The notes: generated by a model from the sequence alone, not told the origin. Shown: positions 40,311 to 51,374, counted from the first letter of the stretch. The stretch: DNA of 64,000 nucleotides from Candidatus Staskawiczbacteria bacterium (GCA_041661545.1 JBAZUH010000001.1:19408-83407); one strand, 5' to 3'. Program-made: numbers and translations.

Positions 40311-41783
40311 ATGGTAGAAGATGAAGTAATATTAAAATTTAGTAATGTTTTTTTTGAGTGGGGGGCTGGCAAGCCCATTTTAAATGAGGCTAGCTTCTCT
40401 GTGCGTAGGGGCTCAAAAATTACGTTAATGGGCCAAAATGGTGCTGGCAAAAGCACAATTTTTCAGTTAATAACAGAAGAACTAAAACCCGAGTCTGGCG
40501 CAATTAATATAAATAAAAATTTAACAATAGCTACTGCAAAGCAGGTAATTCCTCGCGAATATTTGGATTTAACCGTAAAAGAATTCTTTTCCGCCCAAGG
40601 CGGACCAACTTCTGATTGGAAAAAATCATACAATATAGATAAACAGATAGATGACATTTTGAAAGTGGTAAATTTTACAAGCCCCCATGATAGACCTGTC
40701 AAAAATCTTTCTGGTGGGCAACAAGCAAGAATTTTATTGGCAGGGGCCTTAATACAAAACCCAGATTTGCTTTTATTAGACGAGCCTACTAATAATTTAG
40801 ATAAAGCGGGTATTGAGCATTTAACAAAATTTATTCTTGAATATCCAAAAACTTGTATTGTTATTTCTCACGACGCAGATTTTTTGAATGCTTTTACAGA
40901 AGGTGTTTTATACTTAGATATATTTTCAAAAAAAGTTGAACAATACACAGGAGATTATTTTACAGTAGTAGAAGAAATAAAATTACGCCTAGAACGAGAA
41001 CGTATGAAAAATGCTAGATTAGAAAAAGATATTTCTCATAGAAAAGAACAGGCCAATTTTTTTGCCCAAAAAGGGGGACATTTAAGAGATGTGTCTTCAA
41101 AAATGAAGAAAAAGATTGAAGAGCTAGAGGGTGACATAGTTTCTTTAAGAAGAGAAGACAAAACAATAAAGAATTTTTCTATTCCATCACAAAAAGATAT
41201 TGGTGGCGTTATCTTGCAACTAGACTCTGTTGCGGTTTCAAAAAATCATAAGTTTATAAATAAAAAAGTAAATATAACTTTAAACAAAAGAGAAAGGTTG
41301 CTTTTAACCGGGCCAAATGGAATTGGTAAAACAACACTTTTAGAAAAACTAGCTTCTGGCCACGCCAAAGGTGAACATGTTAAGCAGGGGGTTAAAATAG
41401 GATATTATAGACAAGATTTTTCAACATTAGACTTTAATGCAACAGTATACCAAACTCTTGCTAAGGCTTTAGACAGCGATGGAACAGAACAGGGTTTAAG
41501 AGCCCATGCAGCTGGGTTTCTTTTAGACGCAGATATTTTAAAGGTTAAGATTGGCTCGCTTTCTGAGGGTCAAAAAGGCTTAGTTGCCTTTGCTACAATA
41601 GCTTTGGAAAAACCAGGATTACTTATTTTAGATGAACCTACAAACCATATTAATTTTAGACATATTCCAGTTATTGCCAAAGCAATAAATAATTTTGACG
41701 GAGCTATGATATTAGTAAGTCATGCTAAAGAATTTGTAGACACAATAAAAGTTGATTTTACATTAGATTTAGGATCTCTATAA
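40311..41783 (+). CDS. ABC-F family ATPase (two tandem ABC domains, no TM)
   Basis: two Walker A (GQNGAGKST; GPNGIGKTT) and two signature motifs (LSGGQQARI; LSEGQKG). Confidence 0.8.
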   Translation: MVEDEVILKFSNVFFEWGAGKPILNEASFSVRRGSKITLMGQNGAGKSTIFQLITEELKPESGAININKNLTIATAKQVIPREYLDLTVKEFFSAQGGPTSDWKKSYNIDKQIDDILKVVNFTSPHDRPVKNLSGGQQARILLAGALIQNPDLLLLDEPTNNLDKAGIEHLTKFILEYPKTCIVISHDADFLNAFTEGVLYLDIFSKKVEQYTGDYFTVVEEIKLRLERERMKNARLEKDISHRKEQANFFAQKGGHLRDVSSKMKKKIEELEGDIVSLRREDKTIKNFSIPSQKDIGGVILQLDSVAVSKNHKFINKKVNITLNKRERLLLTGPNGIGKTTLLEKLASGHAKGEHVKQGVKIGYYRQDFSTLDFNATVYQTLAKALDSDGTEQGLRAHAAGFLLDADILKVKIGSLSEGQKGLVAFATIALEKPGLLILDEPTNHINFRHIPVIAKAINNFDGAMILVSHAKEFVDTIKVDFTLDLGSL

Positions 41784-41820
41784 TAAAAGGGAATTTTATG
41801 ATAAAATAAACAATTAAGAT

Positions 41821-42672
41821 ATGATTGATTTTAACAAAATAGATAAAAAATATTTATTGCTAATATGCTGGTTAATAATAATTACGATACTGTTGTTTGT
41901 GCAGTCTTATTTTCAGTTTGCTTCATTTTTTGATAAAAACGAAGCAAAATTAGAACTTTCGCCTAGCGACAAACTCCTAGAAGATAATATAAAAGTAGAA
42001 GAAAAGATATTTGGTTATTCTGTTAAAAACAGGCCAATTAGTGGTTATGAAATAGGAAGTGGAGCAAATGCAGTTTTATTAATAGGAGGAATACACGGCA
42101 ATGAGCACAGTTCTGTAATTTTACTCAATAAATTAATTTCTGAAATAAAGAACAATCCTAATGTTGTTTCTAAAAATAAAAAAATAATAATTATACCAGA
42201 TACTAATCCAGACGGTAGTGAATTTTTACAGAAGTTTAATGCTAATGGAGTTAATTTAAATTTAAATTTTGATACACCTGGTTGGAAAAATTATGGGCCT
42301 TTGGGAACTTATGCTGGGCCAGAACCATTTTCTGAAGTTGAAAGTAGGATTATAAAACAGATAGTACAAGAATATAATCCTCAAATGTTAATTTCATTTC
42401 ATGGTGCTGGTGCATTGGTTACTCCAGAAGAAGAAACGTCATCTAAAGCTTTGGCAAGATGGTATGCCCAAAAAACTGGTTATACGTATTATGATACAGC
42501 AGCTTCTATAGCAGACAATCTTAATTGGGATTTTCCGGGAACAGCTACAAGATGGTTTACTGAAAATAATAAAAAACCATCAATTACTGTAGAATTAACC
42601 ACATTGTCTCAAAGCGATTGGGATATAAATAAACCAGCTATAATGGACATTATATCGCAAGACAACATATAA
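41821..42672 (+). CDS. M14-family zinc carboxypeptidase (gamma-D-glutamyl-DAP / MpaA-like)
   Basis: GGIHGNEH zinc-binding motif and downstream PDTNPDG; N-terminal TM. Confidence 0.6.
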   Translation: MIDFNKIDKKYLLLICWLIIITILLFVQSYFQFASFFDKNEAKLELSPSDKLLEDNIKVEEKIFGYSVKNRPISGYEIGSGANAVLLIGGIHGNEHSSVILLNKLISEIKNNPNVVSKNKKIIIIPDTNPDGSEFLQKFNANGVNLNLNFDTPGWKNYGPLGTYAGPEPFSEVESRIIKQIVQEYNPQMLISFHGAGALVTPEEETSSKALARWYAQKTGYTYYDTAASIADNLNWDFPGTATRWFTENNKKPSITVELTTLSQSDWDINKPAIMDIISQDNI

Positions 42673-42674
42673 CA

Positions 42675-43361
42675 ATGGATTATCCTATAAGAATTAATAA
42701 ATATTTAAGAGACAAGGGCTTAGCTTCTAGGCGTGAGGCAGATGCACTAGTAGAAGCTGGGCTTGTTTTTATTAATGGAAAACGTGTTGATAATGGAGCA
42801 ATGGTAAACGAAAATGACAAGGTGGTTGTAAAAGAACAAAAAGGTAAAGACAAAAAACAATATGTGTATTTAGCTTATTACAAGCCTAGAAATTTACCCA
42901 CACAAGATTTGCCCGGTAGAAAAAGCGTAATCACCGAATGGAAGCCCAAGGGGCTTTATCCTGTTGGTAGGTTAGACAAAAGTTCAGAAGGTTTATTGTT
43001 GTTAACAAATGACGGCCGTTTTGCGAGAGATGTTTTAGATAAAAGCTCTAAATACGAGAAAGAATATGTTGTCACAGTTAAAGAACCATTACGTGTTGGC
43101 GTAGTAAGAATTTTTAAAGATGGAATGGACACAAAAGCTTTAGGAAAACTTCTTCCTGCTAAGGCTAGAATTATAAACAGTTCCAAAATGCAGGTAATTT
43201 TAAATGAAGGCAAGCGTCACCAAATTAGAGTTATGTTTAACGAATTAAATTATACGATTTCTTCTTTAAAGCGCGTACGAATTGGAGACATTAAAATAGG
43301 TGATTTAAAGCCAGGCGAAACCCGTTCGCTTTATGTTAAACAAAATGGATCTAAAAAATAG
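42675..43361 (+). CDS. rRNA pseudouridine synthase, RsuA/RluB family
   Basis: N-terminal S4 domain (RINKYLRDKGLASRREAD) and catalytic GRLDKSSEGLLLLTNDG. Confidence 0.85.
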   Translation: MDYPIRINKYLRDKGLASRREADALVEAGLVFINGKRVDNGAMVNENDKVVVKEQKGKDKKQYVYLAYYKPRNLPTQDLPGRKSVITEWKPKGLYPVGRLDKSSEGLLLLTNDGRFARDVLDKSSKYEKEYVVTVKEPLRVGVVRIFKDGMDTKALGKLLPAKARIINSSKMQVILNEGKRHQIRVMFNELNYTISSLKRVRIGDIKIGDLKPGETRSLYVKQNGSKK

Positions 43362-45339
43362 CAACAAAATATTTAAATATGTAAAAATTATTTTTTTACC
43401 ACTTTTGTTAGTGGTTTTATTTGTAATACAAAACCAGGCGTTTAATTATTGGCTTGGTTTTTATTCGAAAGATTATTTTATTAGATTATTATTTGTGACA
43501 TTTGTTCTGGGCGTATTTTTCTACGGGCCGTCTCTTTTTTTTAGAAAAAAATATAAATATTGGTATCTTTTATTAGTATCTTTTTTGATATCGTTAATTT
43601 TTATTGCACAATTTTTATATTTTAGATATTCGCAAAGTTTTTTACAATTTTCAGCATTAAGGTATTCTCATCAGGCCGATAGTGTTATGGGCACTGTAAA
43701 AACTCTAATTACTCCGGAATTATATATATTTATTATTAATATAGCAATAGTTTTAATTGCATATATTTTATATATTAAGCAAAAAATTACTGACTTTTTT
43801 CTATCAAACTGGGAAAAGACAGTTATTATTTTAACAATGTTGGCAATAGTTTTTTTGGGATATAATTATCTTTTATCTAAAGAAAAAAAAGAGTGGGGAG
43901 ATATTAGTAGACTTTATACTAAAGTATATGACTTGAAAGTATTGGCTAGTAAAATGGGCATTGTTAATTTTTTTCTTGAAGATGGGCTTAAATATACTTT
44001 AAGAAGCAATTTGGTTAGTAAAAAAGACAAGCAATTTTTAGAATATTTTTTAAAAAATAGAGTTCAGCCTCCCTTGGGAGAGCATTTTGGAATTGATAAA
44101 GGTAAAAATTTAATAATTATTGAGGTAGAATCGCTTGAAAATTCGGTTATTAATCAAAAGGTTAATGGTCAAGAAATAACCCCCAATTTAAATAAATTAG
44201 CAAAAGAGGGTTTATATTTTGATAATTATTATTCTCAAGTTGGGCCGGGAAACACTGCTGATGCTGAATTTTCTACAATGAACTCTTTGTACCCTTTAGC
44301 AAACGACGTTGTTTTTACTAGTTATCCTAAAAATATATATAAAGCTTTGCCAAAACTTTTAGTAGATAATGGCTATAAAACATATTCTTTACATGGGGAT
44401 GTGCCAACATTTTGGAACAGGTCAAATGTTTATCCTGGATTAGGATATCAAAAAACTTATAATTTATCTGATTATGAGATAACTAAATCCGTTGGAGAAG
44501 GACCATCTGATTTAGGAGATGAAGATTTTTTTTATCAATCGATAATTAAATTAGAAGAATTTCCGCAACCCTTTATGGCGATGTTAATAACAATGAGCTC
44601 TCATACGCCCTTTATTTTGCCAGCAGATTTGCAAACATTAAAAATTGCCGAAAGAACCAATTTAACTTGGATTCAATGGGAATATTTGCAAAGCATTCAT
44701 TATGTTGACCAAGCCATTGGACAATTTATAAATGGATTAAAGCAAAATGGTTTATATGACAATTCATTGATATTAATTTGGGGCGACCACGGAAGCTTTA
44801 TGAATATGTCTTCAGCTCTTTATCCCGAAAACATTATTAAGGGCACAGAAGAGTATCAGCTATATAAAAATTTAGACGTAGAATTTATTGGCAATCCTTC
44901 GACTTCGCTCAGGACAAGTAATAAAATCTTGCCAGAATTAAGCAACGACCACGTGCCAATGATAATTTTAAATTCTAATGTTGAGAGTAGAACTGTAAAC
45001 GAACCAGCTAGCCATTTAGATGTTTATCCTACAGTGGCAAATCTTTTGGGAGTGGTTGCACCAAAATCAATTTTTGGGCAAGACTTGCTAAACACAAAAA
45101 ATCCAATAGAAACTCATTTTAAGCTTATTTCTGGAGGAATTGATGCTATTCTTACAAAAGATGTATCATATCAAGCAGATGAGAGCGGAATATTCCAAAA
45201 TGGCTTTTGTAAGTCAATAATTAGTCAAAAAGATTTACCAATTACTGAGTGCCAAAAAATTTATACAGAACAATTAAACAATTTAAAAGCTTCGCGAATT
45301 ATAATTCGTGGAAATTTATTGCCAGAATTATTAAAATAA
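43333..45339 (+). CDS. LTA synthase family protein (membrane sulfatase-domain, LtaS-like)
   Basis: 5 N-terminal TM helices plus an extracellular sulfatase-fold domain (SSHTPF, WGDHG). Confidence 0.7.
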   Translation: MLNKMDLKNSNKIFKYVKIIFLPLLLVVLFVIQNQAFNYWLGFYSKDYFIRLLFVTFVLGVFFYGPSLFFRKKYKYWYLLLVSFLISLIFIAQFLYFRYSQSFLQFSALRYSHQADSVMGTVKTLITPELYIFIINIAIVLIAYILYIKQKITDFFLSNWEKTVIILTMLAIVFLGYNYLLSKEKKEWGDISRLYTKVYDLKVLASKMGIVNFFLEDGLKYTLRSNLVSKKDKQFLEYFLKNRVQPPLGEHFGIDKGKNLIIIEVESLENSVINQKVNGQEITPNLNKLAKEGLYFDNYYSQVGPGNTADAEFSTMNSLYPLANDVVFTSYPKNIYKALPKLLVDNGYKTYSLHGDVPTFWNRSNVYPGLGYQKTYNLSDYEITKSVGEGPSDLGDEDFFYQSIIKLEEFPQPFMAMLITMSSHTPFILPADLQTLKIAERTNLTWIQWEYLQSIHYVDQAIGQFINGLKQNGLYDNSLILIWGDHGSFMNMSSALYPENIIKGTEEYQLYKNLDVEFIGNPSTSLRTSNKILPELSNDHVPMIILNSNVESRTVNEPASHLDVYPTVANLLGVVAPKSIFGQDLLNTKNPIETHFKLISGGIDAILTKDVSYQADESGIFQNGFCKSIISQKDLPITECQKIYTEQLNNLKASRIIIRGNLLPELLK

Positions 45340-45350
45340 ACAATTAGAAA

Positions 45351-45377
45351 TAGCCCCTAAGGCGGGGCTGTTTTTTT
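45351..45377 (+). terminator. rho-independent terminator (AGCCCC-TAAGGC-GGGGCT GTTTTTTT)
   Basis: read directly. Confidence 0.65.
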
Positions 45378-45387
45378 ATTTATAGCA

Positions 45388-46506
45388 ATGTTAAAATATA
45401 ATGTCACGCATATGATTAATAAAGGAATTGCTACTTTTACTTTAGATTACGGAAAGTGTCCTAAATGGCTCTTTGACCGAATGGTTTTGTTATCTAAAAG
45501 AATGGTTTATGCAATTATAAAAGAAGAGGGGCCAGATGAATTTATAAAAAGAATTTCAGATCCTGTTTGGTTTCAGAGCTTAGGAACAGTTTTAGCCTTT
45601 GATTGGAATGCTTCGGGCTTAACAACAATATTAACAGCAGCTTTAAAAGAGGCAATTCGCGGAAGTGAAAAAGATTTAGGAATTTTTATTTGTGGAGGAA
45701 AGGGCAAAACAAGCTTAAAAACTCCAGAGCAAATAATAAGCTGGGCAGAACGCATTGCTTTGCCTGAAGATATGGCTAATTCTTTAGTTTATAATTCTAA
45801 AATGGCTGCAAAAGTTGATAGCTCTTTAATTCAAGATAGTTTTCAAATTTATCATCATGCATTTTTTTTCTCAAAAAATGGAGCTTGGACAGTTGTTCAG
45901 CAGGGAATGAATATAAAAGAACAATCAGCACGTAGATATCATTGGTATTCTAAAGATATAAAAGATTTAATACAAGAGCCACATTCTGGAATTACTTCAG
46001 ATTTAAAAATAAAAGAGGTTTTGGATATGACCGCAAATAAAAGCGAAAAGAATAGGGGGTTAAGCACAGAATTAGTTGGTCAGAGCTTTAATACCTTAAT
46101 GAAAGATATAACCTTGTTAAGAAAATATTTTACACCGTTGTCTCAAGCTATTTCTGTGGCAAATGGTAAAGAACAGCTGACTTTATTAAATTTAGAGAAC
46201 AAAGAATTTACAACTCATCCAGTAATTTATGAAGATTTTTCTAAATCAAAATATTTAGAAAAAATTTTATACAGGCTGTGCGACCAACAACCCCAAAATT
46301 ATGAAAAACTTTTGGCTACACCGGGAGTGGGGCCAAAAACAATAAGAGCTTTGGCCTTGGTGGCAGAAGTAATTTATGGAGCAAAACCATCTTACCAAGA
46401 CCCAGCTCGATATTCTTTTGCTCATGGGGGCAAAGATGCCACGCCATATCCGGTGGATAAAGAAACCTACGACCAAACCATAGAAAAATTAAAAAAATTT
46501 TTATAA
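45388..46506 (+). CDS. hypothetical protein (possibly DUF763 family)
   Basis: 372 aa; family recalled from memory only. Confidence 0.3.
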   Translation: MLKYNVTHMINKGIATFTLDYGKCPKWLFDRMVLLSKRMVYAIIKEEGPDEFIKRISDPVWFQSLGTVLAFDWNASGLTTILTAALKEAIRGSEKDLGIFICGGKGKTSLKTPEQIISWAERIALPEDMANSLVYNSKMAAKVDSSLIQDSFQIYHHAFFFSKNGAWTVVQQGMNIKEQSARRYHWYSKDIKDLIQEPHSGITSDLKIKEVLDMTANKSEKNRGLSTELVGQSFNTLMKDITLLRKYFTPLSQAISVANGKEQLTLLNLENKEFTTHPVIYEDFSKSKYLEKILYRLCDQQPQNYEKLLATPGVGPKTIRALALVAEVIYGAKPSYQDPARYSFAHGGKDATPYPVDKETYDQTIEKLKKFL

Positions 46507-46560
46507 TTAACTTTTTTATTATATGAATTTTTGATAATATATATTACATGCTTAATTTAT

Positions 46561-49500
46561 ATGAATAATGAAATAAAGGAAAAATTTAATACACTTTATA
46601 AGCAATTAAACCCCGAACAAAGAACGGCTGTTGATGAAATAGAGGGGCCAATTATGGTTATTGCAGGTCCTGGAACTGGAAAAACCCATTTGCTTACAAT
46701 GAGAATTGCTAATATTTTAGATAAAACTGACACTCCGCCAGAAGCTATTTTAGCATTAACTTTTACAGAATCAGCAGTAGCTTCTATGCGAAAGAATTTG
46801 TCCGAAATAATTGGAACAATGGCTTATAGGGTTACAATTACAACCTTTCATGGATTTACAAATAATATTATAAAAGATTATCCAGACGAATTTCCTAATA
46901 TTATAGGGTCTACAAACATTTCGGGGGTTGACCAAATAAAAATAATTAGAGAAATTTTAGATAATTCAAATTTTGCAACACTAAAGCCGTGGGGTAATAA
47001 TTATTATTATGTTCCCGCCATTATCCATGCAATTAGTGATTTAAAGCAACAAGGCCTCGTGCCCGAAGAATTTGAAAAGGTAATTGAAAAACAAGCAAAC
47101 AGTTTTGAAACAATAGATGACCTATATCACAGCAAGGGCGCTCATAAAGGAAAAATGAAAGGAAAGTATATTGCCTTACAAAAAAACATAGAAAGAAACA
47201 AAGAACTAGTAGTTGTGTATAAAAAATACCAAGAAAAAATGCGAGAAAATCATTCTTATGATTTTAGCGATATGATTATAGAAGTTAAAAAAGTTTTAGA
47301 AAATAATAATAATTTGCTTTTAATATTGCAAGAACAATATCAATATATGTTGGTTGATGAGCACCAAGATACTAACAATGCTCAAAATAAAATTTTAGAG
47401 CTTTTGGCAAGTTATTATGAAAATCCAAATTTATTTATTGTAGGAGATGAAAAGCAAGCTATTTTTAGATTTCAGGGTGCATCTTTAGAGAATTTTTTAT
47501 ATTTTAAAAATTTATATTCTAAAGTAAAAGAAATTTCTTTAAAGCATAATTATAGGTCTACGCAAACTATTTTAAATGCAGCACATAATTTAAAGCCTAA
47601 TTCTATAGAGCTTTTATCAAATTCAGGTCACGCGGAAAACAATATAAATATTAGACCATTTTTAAATTTAGATGCTGAAAATTATTTTATAGCTAACGAG
47701 ATAAAAGGCCTTATAGATAATAATCAAAAGCCAGAGCAAATAGCAGTTTTATATAGAGAAAACAGAGATGTTTTTCCAATTGCTAGAATATTTAGGAAGT
47801 TTGACATACCCTTTACAATTGAATCGGACCAGGATATTTTAGATGACCAAGACATTAAAAAATTACTTATAATTTTAAAGGCAGTTCAAAAGTTTGGATC
47901 TGATAGGGAATTGGTAGAACTTTTATATGTAGATGTTTTTGAAATAGAGCCATTAGATGTTTATAAATTATCTAGTTTCAATAAGGGTGGGTTGGGAATT
48001 TATGATTTAATGAAATCAGAAAAATTAATGCAGGAGGCGGGAATTGAGAATATTGAAAAGTTGCAAGCAATTTATGAAAAGCTTTCAAAATGGAAAAAAC
48101 AAAGTCATAACAAAAATGCAGTGGCAGTTTTTGAAAATATTATACGTGATTCGGGATTACTTGCTAAAATTTTGTCAGATCCTTTAGCTCCAGAAAAAAT
48201 ACAGAAAATTGGAGTATTTTTTGATCAAGTAAAGGCTTTAATTACAAGCCACAAAGACTACACATTAGACAATTTTTTTGATTATTTAGATGTTTTAAAA
48301 GAACATAACATTTCAATTAAAAGTAAGGGTTTGGGCTATACTGCAGGCAGGGTAAGGCTTATGACAGCTCATAAATCTAAGGGGCTTGAATTTGATCATG
48401 TGTATATAGTAAATGCGCAAGAAGGGCATTGGGGCTCGCGCAGAAGTCATGAAAATATTAAATTACCAAATCAAATTTATTCTTTATTAAATAAAATAGA
48501 AGAAGATTTTGTTGATGACGACGACCAAGACGAGCGAAATTTGTTTTATGTAGCCTTAACAAGAGCTAAGAAACAAATAACTATTACGTATGCAGAAAAA
48601 AATAGCGAAGGCAGAGAAAAATTAGTTAGTTTGTTTGTTGGCGAAATAAAGCCCGAACTTACAAAAGTTTTTGAATTAGACAAAACAGAAATTAAATTAG
48701 AAGATAGCAATAGTATTGAATACGCAGAAGATATTGACGAAAAACCCACAATAAAAGAAAAGAGTTTCTTAAATGAATTATTTATAAAAAATGGACTTTC
48801 TGTTACAGCATTAAACAATTACTTGTCTTGCCCATGGAAATATTTTTTCTCAAATTTAATTAGAATACCAGGAGCACAAAATAAATATTCTTTGTTTGGT
48901 TCAGCAGTTCACGAAGCATTAAGCAATTATTTTGACGCATTAGCTGATAATAAAAATCCAACTAAAGAGTATCTAATTAAGCGTTTTAAAGAGTCTTTAT
49001 CTGCCAAATCAATACAAACAAAAGAATATAACGAAATGCTTGAAAGGGGAGAAGCTTTTCTTTTGGGGTATTATAAATTTTATAATCAATCATGGAAGTC
49101 GCATGTGTTAAACGAAGTTAATATTAGAAGAATAGAATTAGCAAAAGATGTAAGCATAAATGGAAAAATAGATAAAATAGAAATTTTAGATGATAAAAAT
49201 AATGTAAATGTAGTAGACTATAAAACTGGTAAATTAAAATCTAGAAAAGAATTGTTGGGTGAAAATAAAAATAGCGACGGAGAATACTTACGACAACTTA
49301 CTTTTTATAAATTACTTTTAGACAATTACCAAAATGGTAAATACAAAATGGCATCTGGAGAGATTGATTTTATACAGCCCGATGAAAAAGGAAATTATAA
49401 AAAAGAATTTTTTACAATTACGCCCGAAATGGCAAGTGAATTAGCAGAAACAATAAAATTTGTTGCAAAAGAAATTTTAGATTTAAGTTTTTGGGATAAA

Positions 49501-49569
49501 ACTTGCGAAAACAAAAAGTGCGAATTTTGTGCTTTAAAGAAGATGATAAATTTAAAACATGATGTATAA
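46561..49569 (+). CDS. UvrD/PcrA-type superfamily 1 helicase fused to a C-terminal PD-(D/E)xK nuclease with Cys cluster (AddA/AddB-like)
   Basis: AGPGTGKTHLLTMRIANIL Walker A, DEHQDTN, C-terminal CPWKYF...DYKTGK...C..C.FC. Confidence 0.8.
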   Translation: MNNEIKEKFNTLYKQLNPEQRTAVDEIEGPIMVIAGPGTGKTHLLTMRIANILDKTDTPPEAILALTFTESAVASMRKNLSEIIGTMAYRVTITTFHGFTNNIIKDYPDEFPNIIGSTNISGVDQIKIIREILDNSNFATLKPWGNNYYYVPAIIHAISDLKQQGLVPEEFEKVIEKQANSFETIDDLYHSKGAHKGKMKGKYIALQKNIERNKELVVVYKKYQEKMRENHSYDFSDMIIEVKKVLENNNNLLLILQEQYQYMLVDEHQDTNNAQNKILELLASYYENPNLFIVGDEKQAIFRFQGASLENFLYFKNLYSKVKEISLKHNYRSTQTILNAAHNLKPNSIELLSNSGHAENNINIRPFLNLDAENYFIANEIKGLIDNNQKPEQIAVLYRENRDVFPIARIFRKFDIPFTIESDQDILDDQDIKKLLIILKAVQKFGSDRELVELLYVDVFEIEPLDVYKLSSFNKGGLGIYDLMKSEKLMQEAGIENIEKLQAIYEKLSKWKKQSHNKNAVAVFENIIRDSGLLAKILSDPLAPEKIQKIGVFFDQVKALITSHKDYTLDNFFDYLDVLKEHNISIKSKGLGYTAGRVRLMTAHKSKGLEFDHVYIVNAQEGHWGSRRSHENIKLPNQIYSLLNKIEEDFVDDDDQDERNLFYVALTRAKKQITITYAEKNSEGREKLVSLFVGEIKPELTKVFELDKTEIKLEDSNSIEYAEDIDEKPTIKEKSFLNELFIKNGLSVTALNNYLSCPWKYFFSNLIRIPGAQNKYSLFGSAVHEALSNYFDALADNKNPTKEYLIKRFKESLSAKSIQTKEYNEMLERGEAFLLGYYKFYNQSWKSHVLNEVNIRRIELAKDVSINGKIDKIEILDDKNNVNVVDYKTGKLKSRKELLGENKNSDGEYLRQLTFYKLLLDNYQNGKYKMASGEIDFIQPDEKGNYKKEFFTITPEMASELAETIKFVAKEILDLSFWDKTCENKKCEFCALKKMINLKHDV

Positions 49570-49596
49570 TGTTAATATAATTAAAATTTAAAAAAG

Positions 49597-50436
49597 ATGA
49601 TAAGAGATGATTACAATTCAGTTTGGGTTTCTCATTCCTCTATAGGAGACTTTTTAAAGTGTCCAAGGCTTTATTTTTTGCGTAATATTTATAAAAATGA
49701 ACGTGGAAGAAAAATAAGCATAGCTAGCCCGCCACTTTCTTTGGGCAAGGCTGTGCACGATACATTAGAAGGACTATCTCAATATAAAGCAGAGGAAAGG
49801 TTTTCAAAATCTTTGGCAGATACTTTTGAGGAACATTGGAAAAAGGTTTCTGGTAAATATGGAGGGTTTAAAGCCGAGGCCGAAGAAGCTGAGGCTAAAG
49901 AGCGTGGTAAGAATATGATAGAAAGAGTTAGCAATAACCCTGGTCCTTTGCTTAATAAAACAATTAAATTAATGGACAAGGATATGGGGAGTCTTTTGAA
50001 CTTTTATTTATCTAAGAAGGATGGGATAATTTTGTGCGGTAGAATTGATTGGTTAGAATATGTAGATGCAGATGATAGTATAAAAGTGCTAGATTTTAAA
50101 ACAGGCAAAAATGCCGAAAAAAAGGATTCTTTGCAATTACCCATATATGCTTTATTGTTAAAAGCGCTTCAAAGACGCAAGGTTAGCGGAGCAAGTTATT
50201 GGTATGTTGATAAAGATGATGCCCCTATATCGGTGGAGTTGCCAGATATACAATCTTCGGCTGAAAAATTATTATTTATTTCAAGAAAAATTAAAGAAGC
50301 ACGAGAAAGAAAAGTATTTAATTGTCCGCGAGGCAGGCAAGGTTGTTTTGCTTGTAGGCCATTCGAGAAAATTTTAGAAGGTAAGGCAGAGTTTGTGGGC
50401 GTTGGAGAGTACAATCAAGAAATATATATAGTGTAA
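49597..50436 (+). CDS. Cas4/RecB-like PD-(D/E)xK exonuclease with 4-Cys cluster
   Basis: N-terminal CPRLYFL, central IDWLEY...VLDFKTGK, C-terminal CPRGRQGCFACRPF. Confidence 0.7.
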   Translation: MIRDDYNSVWVSHSSIGDFLKCPRLYFLRNIYKNERGRKISIASPPLSLGKAVHDTLEGLSQYKAEERFSKSLADTFEEHWKKVSGKYGGFKAEAEEAEAKERGKNMIERVSNNPGPLLNKTIKLMDKDMGSLLNFYLSKKDGIILCGRIDWLEYVDADDSIKVLDFKTGKNAEKKDSLQLPIYALLLKALQRRKVSGASYWYVDKDDAPISVELPDIQSSAEKLLFISRKIKEARERKVFNCPRGRQGCFACRPFEKILEGKAEFVGVGEYNQEIYIV

Positions 50437-50449
50437 TTAAATAAAAAAT

Positions 50450-50779
50450 ATGGATATTATAACGTTTGAAGATTTTAAAAAATTAGATATTAGAATTGGA
50501 AAAATAATATCAGCTGAAAGAATTGAGGGCTCTGACAAGCTCTTAAAGCTAGAGGTTGATTTTGGGGTTGATAAACGTCAGATATTAGCTGGAATAGCCC
50601 AATTTTACGCTCCAGATGCCCTTGTGGGCAAGGAATGCCCATTTGCCTATAATTTAGCCCCTCGTACCATGAAGGGCCTAGAATCACAGGGTATGATTTT
50701 GTGTCCCTCGGATGCTACCGGAGGGCCTGTACTATTGCACCCCGATAAAGAAGTTGCACTAGGAAGCATTATTAAGTAG
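50450..50779 (+). CDS. tRNA-binding protein (CsaA / EMAP-like OB-fold domain)
   Basis: FKKLDIRIGKIISAERIEGSDKLLKLEVDFG...ILAGIAQFY typical of CsaA/MetRS C-terminal domain. Confidence 0.8.
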   Translation: MDIITFEDFKKLDIRIGKIISAERIEGSDKLLKLEVDFGVDKRQILAGIAQFYAPDALVGKECPFAYNLAPRTMKGLESQGMILCPSDATGGPVLLHPDKEVALGSIIK

Positions 50780-50789
50780 TTTATTTACA

Positions 50790-51374
50790 ATGAAACCAAT
50801 TTTATTTATACATGGCTTTGGGGGAGATAGAAAACAGTATAAATCTTTAATCCAATATTTTAAGAGAAAAGGAATTAATAATTTCTATGAATTTAACTAT
50901 GACAACAAATTTGGATTAGCTCCAATTAAAGTAATAGCAAAAGAGTTGTCTGAATTTATTGGCAAAAACATAAAAGAAGATACTATTAATATAGTAGCAA
51001 TAAGTCAAGGAGGAATTATTGCTTTAGCATATTTAAAATATTATTTGCCAGAGCAAGCAAGTAATATAAAAGTTGATAAATTATTTACATTATGTAGCCC
51101 TCACAGGGGAAGCAAGTTGGCTAGAATAATAAATTTGCCTGGTTTAATAGATTTGCAACCCAATAGTAATTTGTTAAAAGAGCTAGAAAATTTTATTCAG
51201 GAAAATAAAATAAATGTTTATTCTATTTATACCCCGTTTGATTTAATGGTTTTTCCTGGATGGAATGCAAAATCTAAATATGGAAAAAATAAAATTATTT
51301 TTGCGCCAGCGCATCCACTAGTTTTTTTATGGCCATCTGTGAAAAGATTTATATATAAAAATTTAGATATATAG
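50790..51374 (+). CDS. alpha/beta-hydrolase (lipase/esterase-like)
   Basis: IHGFGGD oxyanion region and AISQGG nucleophile elbow. Confidence 0.6.
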   Translation: MKPILFIHGFGGDRKQYKSLIQYFKRKGINNFYEFNYDNKFGLAPIKVIAKELSEFIGKNIKEDTINIVAISQGGIIALAYLKYYLPEQASNIKVDKLFTLCSPHRGSKLARIINLPGLIDLQPNSNLLKELENFIQENKINVYSIYTPFDLMVFPGWNAKSKYGKNKIIFAPAHPLVFLWPSVKRFIYKNLDI

